Shown here: piece by piece, positions 40,240 to 52,995 of the stretch
Position numbering within the stretch: the stretch's first letter is position 1
How the letters are laid out: each line of letters begins with the position of its first letter
Origin: Haliotis cracherodii
Taxonomy: Eukaryota
Direction: 5' to 3'
Assembly: GCF_022045235.1 (NCBI RefSeq)
Contig: NW_027266275.1
Coordinates: forward strand, 73,036,001 to 73,100,000
Length of the DNA: 64,000 nt
Position numbers and translations under genes: made by a program
Notes under the pieces: model-generated
Seen by the model: the letters and a program-made list of their open reading frames with translations, nothing else
Database searches by the model: none
What the model was told of the DNA's origin: nothing

Positions 40240-41820
40240 CTGTTCTCAGACTGTCGTGTTCGAGACAACCATGGATTGAGTGCCCTTCTGTTCCCAGACT
40301 GTCGTGTTGTAGACGCCCACGGACTGTGCCCCTTTCTGTTTCCAGACCGTCGTGTTCGAGACAACCATGGGTTGTGTGCCCATCTGTTCCAAGACTGTCT
40401 TGTTCGAGAAAACTACGGATTGTGTCCCCCTCTGTTCTCAGACTGTCGTGTTCGAGACAACCATGGATTGAGTGCCCTTCTGTTCCCAGACCGCCGTGTT
40501 CGAGAGAACCATGGATTATGTGCCCTTCTGTTCCAAGACTGTCCTGTTCGAGACAACCATGGATTGTGTGCCCTTCTGCTCTAAGACTGTCGTGTTCGAG
40601 ACAACCATGGACTGAGTGCCCTTCTGTTCCCAGACCGTCGTGTTCGAGACAACCATGGATTGTGTGCCCTTCTGTTCTCAGACTGTGCTGTTCGAGACAA
40701 CCATGGATTGTGTGCCCTTCTGTTCTCAGACTGTCGTGCTCGAGACAACCATGGATTGAGTGCCCTTCTGTTCCCATACTGTCCTGTTCGAGGCAAGCAT
40801 GGATTGTGTGCCCTTCTGTTCCCGATCTGTCGTGTTCTAGACGCCCACGGACTGTTCCCCTTCTGTACCCAGACCGTCGTGTTCGAGACAACCATGGATT
40901 GTGCGCCCTTCTGTTCCAAGATTGTAGCGTTCGTGACAACCATGGATTGCGTGCCCCCTTATTAGATTGTCATGTCCCTGTCAACCATGGATTGCGCCCC
41001 CTTCTGTTCCAAGATTGTCGTGTTCGAGACAACCATCGACTGAGTGCCCTTCTGTTCCCAGACAGTCGTGTTCGAGACAACCATGGACTGAGTGCCCTTC
41101 TGTTCCCAGACAGTCGTGTTCGATACACCCATGGATTGTGTGCCCCTCTGTTCTCAGACTGTCCTGTTCGAGACAACCATGGATTGTGTGCCCTTCTGTT
41201 TTCAGACTGTCGTGTTCGAGACAACCATGGATTGAGTGCCCTTCTGTTTCCATACTGTCCTATTCGAGGCAAGCATGGATTGTGTGCCCTTCTGTTCCCG
41301 ATCTGTCGTGTTCGAGACAACCATGGATTGTGCGCCCTTCTGTTCCAAGATTGTAGCGTTCGTGACAACCATGGATTGCGTGCCCCCTTATTAGATTGTC
41401 ATGTCCCTGTCAACCATGGATTGCGCCCCCTTCTGTTCCAAGATTGTCGTGTTCGAGACAACCATGGACTGAGTGCCCTTCTGTTCCCAGACAGTCGTGT
41501 TCGATACACCCATGGATGATGAGCCCTTCTGTTCCCAAAGCGTCGGGTTCGAGACAACCATAAACTGTGCCCCCTTCTGTTCTCAGTCTATCGTGTCCCT
41601 GTCAACCATGGATTGTTCTCCCTTCTGTTCCCAGATTGACATGTCCCCGTCAACCATGGATCGTGCCCCTTTCTGTTCCCAGATTGTCATGCCCATGTTT
41701 ACCATGGATTGTGCCCCCTTCTGTTCTCAGTCTATCGTGTTCGTGTCAACCATGGATTGTGCCCCCTTGTTCCCAGATTGTCATGTCTATGTTAACCATG
41801 GATTGTGCTCCCTTCTGTTA
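40240..41820. repeat. Minisatellite, 48-bp unit (gttcgagacaaccatggattgtgtgcccttctgttcccagactgtcgt)
   Basis: About 33 units; includes a higher-order duplicated block. Confidence 0.95.
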
Positions 41821-42746
41821 CCAGTGGTTTACGCCAATTTTCTTTCACCGATCCGACGGCGTTCTTTTCTCTTACGGGTAGACTTACGCGGTTTCTTGGA
41901 TCGCCCCACCCCCAGTTCATGAACAGGATTGACCCCAAAGCTTCTTGATGAAGTAGTTTCTCATTTTACCTCTTTTTATTTCCGGGGAGCGCCATATTGT
42001 CTCCTATTGTCTGTAAGGAGTATTGCAGCGTAATCTTTAAAGCTTGGTGGCTGTACTGCGACCCTTATCAAATGATTACGGGATTTCTACCCGGCCGCTA
42101 GCGTACACAGGACGTATGGAGGAAGGCGAGGTGGTGGAGGGGGCATCTTGGTCTTCTCACACTGGGTGCTTTACGGCAAACGACATACGGAGGGGAATTT
42201 GTCTAAATCTTGAGGTTGTCGGCATCTTGAAGTTGACGGAGTCTGGAGGTCGGGATGTCAGGATGTTGGAATTTGGAGGTTTTCAGAGTCGAGAGGTGCT
42301 CGGAGTCGGGAGGCTTTGATAGCCATGTGGTTGTTAAGTGGGGTTGTGGGAGGTTGATGGTTGTCGGGGTGCGTCGTTGAGTGATCTAAGCTATCGTCTT
42401 CGCGTGAGGAATCGCGTGCTAGAATGTGTGTACAATCAACAAATCGTCATAAGCCAATATTCGCCCTTTTAATCTCCCCAAAATAAACATTTCCAGGTAA
42501 GCTTTACTCTCTTCACCTGTTTGACCTCCAGCACCCGACGGTCTCTGCAGATGGCAGAGTGTTTTCAGTGAACACACGGGAAGTGACAAATGAATGTTTA
42601 TAACAAACACTACACGTGTGGGATGGACTACAGGGAACCTGTCGGGGATGATTTACTCGTTACCAGGTTAGGGCGGGTTGTACTTATAGTTGTGTAGATA
42701 CATCTTAGTTCTAAGTCTTTGGTTTTGTTTGGTTTTTGGTTTTGGC

Positions 42747-42912
42747 GTGAGTGTTAGTCAGTGTTGTTTTACGCCGTTTTAAGCAATATTCCAGCAATAT
42801 CACGGCGGGGGACACCAGAAATTGCCCTCACGCATTGTACCCATGTCGGGAATCGAACTCGGATCTTCGGTGTGACGAGCGAACGCTTTAACCACTAGGT
42901 TACACGACCTCC
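42747..42912 (-). mobile_element. SINE family A
   Basis: Family A body and tRNA-like head, followed by poly-C/(CA)n. Confidence 0.88.
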
Positions 42913-42925
42913 TCACCCCCCCCCC

Positions 42926-42956
<31 letters not shown>

Positions 42957-43009
42957 ACCCTTCCTCTCTCACACCCCACCCCCACCCTCCTTTTTTTCTT
43001 TATATTTTA

Positions 43010-43305
43010 TGTAAAAGTACTGCTACGACAGTCGCAAGTCTATGTTAACGTATGGGAGTTACGATTACGCTACGACAGTCCGGGTTAAAGTATGGTAGTT
43101 GCGGTCACCTTAGCGCTAAGTCACTCGTGAGTTTGTGTTGAAGTTTGAGAGTTACGATCATTTCAGTGCTAAGATCTCACTGTGGCCATTCCCAGTGTCC
43201 CGTGTCATAACGCGGTCGTAGCGCTATGTCTGTCGTAAGTCTGTGTAATACATAGCGGTTACGACATTCGTAGCGCTATGACCCCTTTGTGAATCGGGAC
43301 CCGGT
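43010..43305. mobile_element. Degenerate MITE-like element with internal (c/t)tacga repeats
   Basis: Recurrent gctacgac / gttacgat / tagcgcta motifs ending in ttgtgaatcgggaccc. Confidence 0.4.
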
Positions 43306-43357
43306 AGCTCATGCTTTTATTAAGCGCTGTCTAGTGAAGTCGGGCTGTCATCTCAGT

Positions 43358-44075
43358 GACTTTGTTGGTATGTTGCCAGCATATATGTACATGTAATGGC
43401 TGTTGAATGCCTTGTTATTTTATTTAAAAAATATAACTTGACTTTGTTGGTATCGTGTCATCGAGTCCGGTTGCGTGGATCGTTGCTCATGTCATCAGTC
43501 ATTAGTCTATCTGGTCCAGGTTCCGTTATTTACTCGGAAAAGGGGCTGGCTAACCTAGCCAGCATATATGTACATGTAATGGCTGTTGAATGCCTTGTTA
43601 TTTTATTTAAAAAATATAACTTGACTTTGTTGGTATCGTGTCATCGTGTCCGGTTGCGTGGATCGTTGCTCATGCCATCAGTCATTAGTTTATCTGGTCC
43701 AGGTTCCGTTATTTACTCGGAAAAGGGGCTGGCTAACCTAGCCAGCATATATGTACATGTAATGGCTGTTGAATGCCTTGTTATTTTATTTAAAAAATAT
43801 AACTTGACTTTGTTGGTATCGTGTCATCGTGTCCGGTTGCGTGGATCGTTGCTCATGCCATCAGTCATTAGTTTATCTGGCCCAGCTTCCGTTATTTACT
43901 CGGAAAAGGGGCTGGCTAACCTAGCCAGCATATATGTACATGTAATGGCTATTGAATGCCTTGTTATTTTATTTAAAAAATATAACTTGACTTTGTTGGT
44001 ATCGTGTCCGGTTGCGTGGATCGTTGCTCATGTCATCAGTCATTAGTTTATCTGGTCCAGGATCCGTTATTTACA
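43358..44075. repeat. 183-bp tandem repeat (~3.7 copies): chimera of a SINE C fragment and a segment from 44545-44639
   Basis: gccagcatatatgtacatg at 43375, 43558, 43741 and 43924. Confidence 0.92.
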
Positions 44076-45499
44076 GTCACATACAGGCCGCCTGTCTGCC
44101 GGTCTCAGTGGCGCAACTAGGTTAATTTTAAGTGCGAGCACTTGTCTGGGTGAAAAACTATAGCAACTAATACTAACTATCGTTATACAAAAGGTACTAG
44201 TAGACTACTAATCCGCTATTAGTTTGTCATAAATCAACATAGGAATGTAATGATGATCTAATATAGCCTTTCAATCTTCGTTGACAGCCAATATTAAGGT
44301 TCTACCACACTAAATCAGAACCAGTTGTGACTGAGCCGTTTTCGTGGAAAGCAGGTCGAGAGATATCTGGAGGCTGTGATTGGATGATATTGAGTAACAT
44401 TTCTATGTTTTTAAATTAACATTCATCCAGTAATTAAAACTGAAAATGTTTTTCAATATTTTTAACAAGATAACTTGAGCACAGATATTTTCAAGTAGGT
44501 GACATTTGGTGCGGAACTGGAGTTGGTGTGTGTTCAGCTTCCTGTACTCGGAAAAGGATCTGGCTAACCTAGCCAGCATATATGTACATGTAATGGCTGT
44601 TGAATGCCTTGTTATTTTATTTAAAAAATATAACTTGACAATAAAAGTCTATGGGAAAACATTTGGTTGTGTGTAACATTAACAACTGCCCCTTGGCACC
44701 AAAGGGACATCACTCTCACAACTTATAAACCATTTACCACTAAAATCCTAAAGTGCGTAAATATTCCGATTTTTTAAGTTAGACAATAAATATCATGTTC
44801 GACCGTGTAGAGTTAATAATCTACTTCATAGACGGTAAATTGATGTTTACTTATTGTTTAAAACAAATTGTATTTTTTTATGTGTAAGCAATTGTTTTCC
44901 TGCTACTCAAGTCTAGAATAATTTGGCAGGTTCAGATTGCCTCGGCTCTTGGACCTTAAATTAAGGATTGTTCCGGGCTCCATTTTAATTTTACTTTATA
45001 TTTTGTAGATTTATATTTTTTATTTTTTTTAATTACTTGTGTCTGATGGTATGTTAGTTTATTTCTGATGGTATGTTAGTCTAGGTTTGACGGTATGTTA
45101 GCGATGAAGCGAGACATGCGACACATGAACTATCGTCCATTATCACGAATGTTTGGGTTCCGTTCGTCTACATATACAGTTACACACACACAGCTACGCC
45201 TGGTTCCATCGAATGTGCTTTCCCCATGATGCACCACGACATAAACCGGAAAAAGAACCTGACCTTTCTAACCCAAGGTGACCGCCTTCTACCATGGCGT
45301 AGTTGCGAGCGCGTAGCTCGATATGGAAGCGACACCGGCGCGCTCTGATAACAAACGTGCTCAGCTAATTATTTGACATATGAACTTGATTTTCCATACA
45401 TATTGTTTCAGTCCCGGCCTGTTGTTGGCAGTGGTAACATACCTGTGCAATCGTTTATGTTGCATTCCCTCCCACACTAAGTCTACACCACCATTTGTA

Positions 45500-45670
45500 C
45501 ACAGCGCCCTCTACCGGCGGGTGGTGGTGTGGGGTCCGACTGGACAACTGGTTGGTACACCTCGTACTTCTCATCTCACTAATGATGCTAAGTACCGGCA
45601 ACAAAGGAGCGCCCTCTCTTTCATCTACGTCTGACAAACACCCAACACCGACGCCCTCTAGTGGCGAACT
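45500..45670 (-). promoter_or_regulatory. Cluster of same-orientation CTCF-like motifs
   Basis: CAGCGCCCTCTACCGG (45502), GAGCGCCCTCTC (45607, partial) and GACGCCCTCTAGTGG (~45650) versus consensus GCGCCCYCTAGTGG. Confidence 0.55.
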
Positions 45671-45874
45671 ACGAACTACGTGATCTTCTGCAGTTCCCCC
45701 ATGCGGCTACACGCTTGTCCAATAGGCATCACATTTACACAAATTCACACAAATCTTGTTGCTGTTCGTGTTCATATCAATGTGAAAGATTGGAAACGTA
45801 AGACCACAGGCAATATGCTTACATGCCCTATCTGTCACTTTCACTCCATCATTTGGTATGATACAGGAAGCCTT

Positions 45875-47945
45875 CACACCCTCAAGCTCACTGTGCCCCC
45901 ACCCCTGCACTCACACACCCTCACCCCTGACCGTGTCCTCACCCCCATACCCTCACCCCTGACCGTGCCCCCACAACCGCAACCCGCACACCCGTACCCC
46001 TGACCCCATAACCGCACCCCGCACACCCTTGCCCCTGACCGTGCCCCCACAACCAACAACCCGCACACCCTCACCTCTGACCGTGCCCCCACAACCGCAC
46101 CCCGCACCCCGCTCACCCTCATCCATGACCGTGTCCTCACCCCCATACCCTCACCCCTGACCGTGCCCCCACAACCGCACCCCGCACACCCTCATCCCTG
46201 AACGTGCCCCCACAACCGCACCCCGCTCACCTTCATCCATGACCGTGTCCTCACCCCGCACACCCTTACCCCTGACCGTGCCCCCACATCCCGCACCCTG
46301 CACCCCCTCACCCCTTACCGTGCCCCCACAACCGCACCCCGCACACCCTCATCCATGACTGTGTTCTCACCCCCACACCCTTACCCCTGACCGTGCCCCC
46401 ACAACCGCAACCCGCACACCCTCACCCCTGACCCCACAACCGCACCCCGCACACCCTCGCCCCTGACCGTACCCCCACAACCGCAACCCGCACACCCTCA
46501 CCCCTGACCGTGCCCCCACAACCGCACCCCGCACCCCGCTCACCCTCATCCATGACGTGTCCTCACCCCCATACCCTCACCCCTGACCGTGCCCCCACAA
46601 CTGCAACCCGCATACCCTCACCCCTGACCGTTCCCCCTCAACCGCACCCTGCTCACCCTCATCCATGACGGTGTCCTCACCCCGCACACCCTTACCCCTG
46701 ACCGTGCCCCCACAACCGCACCCGCACACCCTTACCCCTGACCGTGCCCCCACATCCCGCACCCCGCATCCCCTCACCCCTTACCGTGCCCCCACAACCG
46801 CACCCCGCACACCCTTACCCCTGACCGTGCCCCCACAACCGCAACCCGCACACCCTCACCCTGACCCCACAACCGCACCCCGCACACCCTCACCCCTGAC
46901 CGTACCCCCACAACCGCACCCCGCACACCCTCACCCCTGACTGTGCCCCCACAACCGCACCCTGCTCACCCTCATCCATGACCGTGTCCTCACCCCGCAC
47001 CCCCTTACCCCTGACCGTGCCCCCACAACCGCACACCCCCACACCCGCACGCCCACAACAACAGCCTCTCCAAATACAAACGCGGTCGAAGATAACCACA
47101 AGAACACTGACTTAGCAACAAGTCATCGCCGTATTAACCAAACTCACCCCTTACCGTGCCCCCACAACCGCACCCCGCACACCCTTATCCCTGACCGTGC
47201 CCCCACAACCGCACCCTTACCCCTGACCGTGCCCCCACAACCGCACCCCGCACACCCTTACCCCTAACCGTGACCCCACATTCCGCACCCCGCACACCCT
47301 TACCCCTGACCGTGCCCCCACATCCCGCACACCCCCACACCCGCACGCCCACAACAACAGCCTCTCCAAATCAAACGCGGTCGAAGATAACCACAAGAAC
47401 ATTGACTTAGCAACAAGTCATCGCCGTATTAACCAAACTCACCCCTTACCATGCCCCCACAACCGCACCCCGCACACCCTTATCCCTGACCGTGCCCCCA
47501 CAACCGCACCCTTACCCCTGACCGTGCCCCCACATCCCGCACCCCGTACACCCTCACCCCTGACCGTGCCCCCACAACCGCACGCCGCACACCCTTACAC
47601 CTGACCGTGCCCCCACAACCGCACCCTTACCCCTGACCGTGCCCCCCCCCCCCCCCCCCCCCCCCCAACCGCACCCCGCACACACTTACCCCTGACCGTG
47701 CCCCCACAACCGCACCCCGCACACCCTTACCCCTAACCGTGACCCCACGTTCCGCACCCCGCACACCCTCATCCATGACCGTGTCCTCACCCCGCACACC
47801 CTTACCCCTGACCGTGCCCCCACATCCCGCACACCCCCACACCCGCACGCCCACAACAACAGCCTCTCCAAATTCAAACGCGGTCGAAGATAACCACAAG
47901 AACACTGACTTAGCAACAAGTCATCGCCGTATTAACCAAACTGTC
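45875..47945. repeat. C-rich ~41-bp minisatellite with three embedded copies of a ~100-bp flank segment
   Basis: Unit cacccctgaccgtgcccccacaaccgcaccccgcacaccct; spacer at ~47041, ~47337 and ~47838. Confidence 0.93.
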
Positions 47946-48404
47946 ATACTTAAATAAGCCAATGTCGAGTAGCGGGTTGTTGTAAAACACATATCCTCAT
48001 TTGTCATGCCTCTCTGCCGGGGGGTTGCTGGGGGGTTGCCAGGGGTTGAGTTGGGTCGAGGGTGACACCCAGGGGGTCCTACTGACGGAGACATCTACAT
48101 TCCTTAAATAGGTACAGCATGTGGTATAGACATGGCCCCTTTATAGCGTGGTATAAGTCACGTTAACAATGGTGAAGAATCTCTTGTTTGAGGCTAGATG
48201 ACACTCCACAAATATGTAGATTTCTGTTGTTATGAAATGTATGCGAATGATGTGAGACGGCTGGAGGACAAGTATCGTGGCAGGGTACCTGTCATTCTAG
48301 ACTTATGAAAACAATCGCACCTCATAAACTCCTGTCACGTGTACCTGTGTCAGAGCGTAACGTGTTTACAAACAGATAAGTCTTGTTCTTATTTGAAGAT
48401 ACCA

Positions 48405-50056
48405 AAAGCGTACACCCCGTCCACGTATAGATGACAGATGACATACACCCCGTCTACCTGTAGATGACAGATCACATACACCCCGTATACCTGTAGATGG
48501 CAGATCACATACACTTCGTGTACCTGTAGATCACATACACTCCGTCTACCTGTAGATGACAGATCACATTCACTCCGTCTACCTGTAGATGACAGATCAC
48601 ATTCACTCCGTCTACCTGTAGATGACAGATCACATTCACTCCGTCTACCTGTAGATGACAGATCACATTCACTCCGTCTACCTGTAGATGACAGATCACA
48701 TTCACTCCGTCTACCTGTAGATGACAGATCACATACACCCCGTATACCTGTAGATGGCAGATCACATACACTTCGTGTACCTGTAGATCACATACACTTC
48801 GTCTACCTGTAGATGACAGATCACATTCACTCCGTCTACCTGTAGATGACAGATCACATTCACTCCGTCTACCTGTAGATGACAGATCACATTCACCCCG
48901 TCTACCTGTAGATCACATACATCCCGTCTACCTGTAGATGACAGATCACATACACTCCGTCTACCTGTAGATGACAGATCACATACACTCCGTCTACCTG
49001 TAGATGAAAGATCACATACACTCCGTCTACCTGTAGATGAAAGATCACATACACTCTGTCTACCTGTAGATTACAGATAACATACGCCCCGTCTACCTGT
49101 AGATGACAGATCACATACACCCCGTCTACCTGTAGATGACAGATCACATACACTCCGTCTACCTGTAGATGACAGATCACATACACCCCGTCTACCTGTA
49201 GATGACAGATCACATACATCCCTTAAACCTGTAGATGACAGATCAGATACAACCCGTCTACCTGTAGATGACAGATGACATACATCCAGTCTACCTGTAA
49301 ATGACAGATCACATACACCCCGTCTACCTGTAGATGACAGATCACATACATCCCTTAAACCTGTAGATGACAGATCACATACACTCTGTCTACCTGTAGA
49401 TGACAGATCACATACACCCCGTCTACCTGTAGATGACAGATCACATACACTCCGTCTACCTGTAGATGACAGATCACATACACCCTGTCTACCTGTAGAT
49501 GACAGATCACATACATCCCGTCTACCTGTAGATGGCAGATCACATACACCCCGTCTACCTGTAGATGACAGATCACATACACCCCGTCTACCTGTAGATG
49601 ACAGATCACATACACTCCGTCTACCTGTAGATGACAGATCACATACACTTCGCCTACCTGTAGATGACAGATCACATACACCCCGTCTACCTGTAGATGA
49701 CAGATCACATACACTCCGTCTACCTGTAGATGACAGATCACATACACTCTGTCTACCTGTAGATGACAGATCACATACATCCCGTCTACCTGTAGATGAC
49801 AGATCACATACACCCCGTCTACCTGTAGATGACAGATCACATACACCCCGTCTACCTGTAGATGACAGATCACATACACTTCGCCTACCTGTAGATGACA
49901 GATCACATACACCCTGTCTACCTGTAGATGACAGATCACATACACTTCGCCTACCTGTAGATGACAGATCACATACACCCCGTCTACCTGTATATGACAG
50001 ATCACATACATCCCATCTACCTGTAGATGACAGATCACATACACCTCGTCTACCTA
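48405..50056. repeat. Minisatellite, 33-bp unit (tctacctgtagatgacagatcacatacaccccg)
   Basis: About 50 units. Confidence 0.96.
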
Positions 50057-51445
50057 TAGCACTGATATAGGTGTGACATTGGTGTAGGGAAGATGGCAGT
50101 GATATAGGTGTGACATGGGTGTAGGGAAGATAGCAGTGATAAAGGTGTGACATGGGTGTAGGGAAGATAGCAGTGATATAGGTGTGACATGGGTGTAGGG
50201 AAGATGGCAGTGATATAGGCGTGACATGGGTGTAGGAAAGATAGCAGTGATATAGGTGTGACATGGGTGTAGGGAAGATGGCAGTGATATAGGTGTGACA
50301 TGGTTGTAGGGAAGATGGCAGTGATATAGGCGTGACATGGGTGTAGGGAAGATAGGAGTGATATAGGTGTGACATGGGTGTCGGGAAAATGGCAGTGATA
50401 TAGGTGTGACATGGGTGTAGGGAAGATGGCAGTGATACATGTGTGACATGGGTGTAGGGAAGATAGGAGTGATATAGGTGTGACATGGGTGTCGGGAAAA
50501 TGGCAGTGATATAGGTGTGACATGGGTGTCGGGAAGATGGCAGTGATACATGTGTGACATGGGTGTAGGGAAGACAGCAGTGATATAGGTGTGACATGGG
50601 TGTAGCGAAGATAGGAGTGATATAGGTGTGACATGGGTGTAGGGAAGATGGCAGTGATAAAGGTGTGACATGGGTGTAGGGAAGATAGGAGTGATATAGG
50701 TGTGACATGGGTGTAGGGAAGACAGCAGTGATATAGGTGTGACATGGGTGTAGGGAAGATAGGAGTGATATAGGTGTGACATGGATGTCGGGAAGATGGC
50801 AGTGATATAGGCGTGACATGGGTGTAGGGAAGATGGCAGTGATATAGGCGTGACATTGGTGTCGGGAAGATGGCAGTGATAAAGGTGTGACATGGGTGTA
50901 GGGAAGATAGCAGTGATATAGGTGTGACATGGGTGTAGGGAAGATAGCAGTGATACATGTGTGACATGGATGTAGGGAAGATAGCAGTAATATAGGTGTG
51001 ACATGGGTGTAGGGAAGATGGCAGTGATATAGGTGTGACATTGGTGTCGGGAAGATAGCAGTGATACATGTGTGACATGGGTGTAGGGAAGATAGCAGTG
51101 ATACATGTGTGACATGGGTGTAGGGAAGATAGCAGTGAGAAAGGTGTGACATGGGTGTAGGGAAGATAGGAGTGATATAGGTGTGACATGGGTGTAGGGA
51201 AGATAGCAGTGATACATGTGTGACATGGGTGTCGGGAAGATAGCAGTGATAAAGGTGTGACATGGGTGTCGGGAAGATAGCAGTGATGCATGTGTGACAT
51301 GGGAGTCGGGAAGATGGCACTGATAAAGGTGTGACATGGGTGTCGGGAAGATAGCAGTGATATAGGTGTGACATGGGTGTAGGGAAGAGAGCAATGATAC
51401 ATGTGTGACAAATAAAGGGAAGATAGCAAGTATACGTGAGTGACA
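50057..51445. repeat. Minisatellite, 37-bp unit (gtgatataggtgtgacatgggtgtagggaagatagca)
   Basis: About 37 units; directly abuts the 33-bp array. Confidence 0.96.
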
Positions 51446-51559
51446 TGATTGTGTGTTTAAAATGAAAGAAAATGCGACATATTTATGATACAGGCAGCGT
51501 GTGCATCAGAAAGTACTCAACCGATCTGTGTGCTGGCTGTCGGAGAGAGAGGAGTACGA

Positions 51560-52260
51560 TTTGTGAAGACGGCCCAGCAGCCCGCCCGTCACGTGCAGAC
51601 AGTCAGCCCAGTGACCGATGAAGCGTCAGGGAATCGAGCTGACCGCAGACTGGCGACGATCTGGTGGGGGGCTCATTACACCGTAAAGTAAACTGTATTT
51701 GTCGCAAATCTAATCACACAAGATTAACCTCCAATATAATTTGACCGCAAGAATCATTAAAAGTGTGAAAAGCCGCGCCATATAGCCCAAGGCAATGTAT
51801 GACAGCCCACTGCCCGCTGTCCGAGGGGGTAGTCTCCTGCCCCGCCCCCCTCCGACTGTGGTCCGCCCGTCCCAGACTCTGCGTCGACGCTTCACAAAAA
51901 GATCGTCTACTCTCAGCGTACCGTCCCTACTCCTGCGGGCCAAGCAATGAGATAGGTAGAGTCGCTACGGCAGAGACAACGCACTAGCTGTGGTGATGAG
52001 AGCGGCGAGAGGAAATCTGTACTGAACGCTGTTATCTCTGTACCGTGTACCTGTACGCTGTCTTCTCTCCCTGTACGCTGCTCATACCTGGCCGCTAGGT
52101 GTGACGTGCATCCCATCGGACGCTGCTGAAGATGTGAGGGAGTCGGGGATGCCAATGTAGACGGCATCTCTCTGCACCGTCCGTCACACTGGACATAACA
52201 CCCGGACTTATGCGCTGGACAATCGCGTGCGGCTAGCCCTCAATCACACACGGTTCGTAT
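51560..52260 (+). promoter_or_regulatory. CpG-rich island upstream of noggin (enhancer or alternative promoter)
   Basis: Unique CpG-rich sequence; GC boxes (CCCGCCCCC at about 51841, CCGCCC at about 51864); TAATC, GATTAA and CATTAA homeodomain-type motifs at 51710-51760. Confidence 0.4.
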
Positions 52261-52859
52261 GCATTCTAGTTTTCAATTAGGTTAAAATTTGTAAATAGTT
52301 TATTAACTAAAATATTTTTTTCAATTTCCCTAGTTGTGTAATGAGGACTGTGATTCCATCTTCATCTGGTATATCATATATCTTCCGGATAACATGGATC
52401 AATGTTCGGCTGATGAAGAGGGTATATCCATCCCATCCATTTCTGCTAGATGGCATTTCTCGATTCCGCCAAATATTTTCCAACTGTCCGTGTGATGTTT
52501 AATAGAAAAAATAACACTTTTTGTCCCTACTTTGTATTAAAACGTTAACGACATGAAGGACCTCCCTCAATCTGTATGGGACAATAGCTGGCATGAGGGG
52601 GTCAATCATTTCCAATTTGTGTTTGTCACTAGAGCTACTTGTTTTCTTTACGTCATTGCCTGGGATTGTAGCATTTTGTTTACCAGGTGTTAATTATCGC
52701 GTGCATTGTGTGAAGAGAGTGTTGTTTTCTCTCCATGTGTGTACCACTCTCCCCAGGTGTGCAACACTCAAGGGCTTACTCTCCCCCTCTCCGGCGTCAC
52801 AACACCCCCTGACGCCGACACCGCTCGCTATACAAGCCTCGCTTGTCACCATCCTCACA

Positions 52860-52995
52860 GCAGGGATTGGGTGTCTCGCTAATTAGGGCGTTAATTAGAA
52901 CTGTTAATTGTTGACACCTCTGTGAAATGACGTCACTTAACCCCAGCCCCTCGCTCACCCTGGTCAGTCTTCCCCGTCCGGACACAGGTGAGACA
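52860..52995 (+). promoter_or_regulatory. Candidate noggin core promoter plus ~22-nt non-coding exon 1
   Basis: ATTGG (reverse CCAAT) 52866-52870; TAATTA at 52880 and 52892; TTAATTG at 52904; palindromic CRE TGACGTCA 52928-52935; initiator-like TCAGTC 52964-52969; donor CAG|GTGAGA at 52987/52988. Confidence 0.55.

Noticed and set aside
40214-42400. 48-bp repeat ORFs and adjacent basic, coding-looking sequence
   Set aside because: Open on both strands; indels break the frame; the flank has stops in all minus frames and I found no consistent splice model.
47041-47945. CRISPR-like repeat/spacer appearance of the arrays
   Set aside because: Eukaryotic context, no unique spacers, no cas genes.
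49071-51446. 791-aa and overlapping Cys/His-rich ORFs
   Set aside because: Translations of the 33-bp and 37-bp minisatellites.
52405-52440. Hammerhead ribozyme or retrozyme at CTGATGA motifs (also ~36322 and minus-strand ~7805, ~19105, ~54395)
   Set aside because: No stem II followed by GAAA and no closing helices found by eye.
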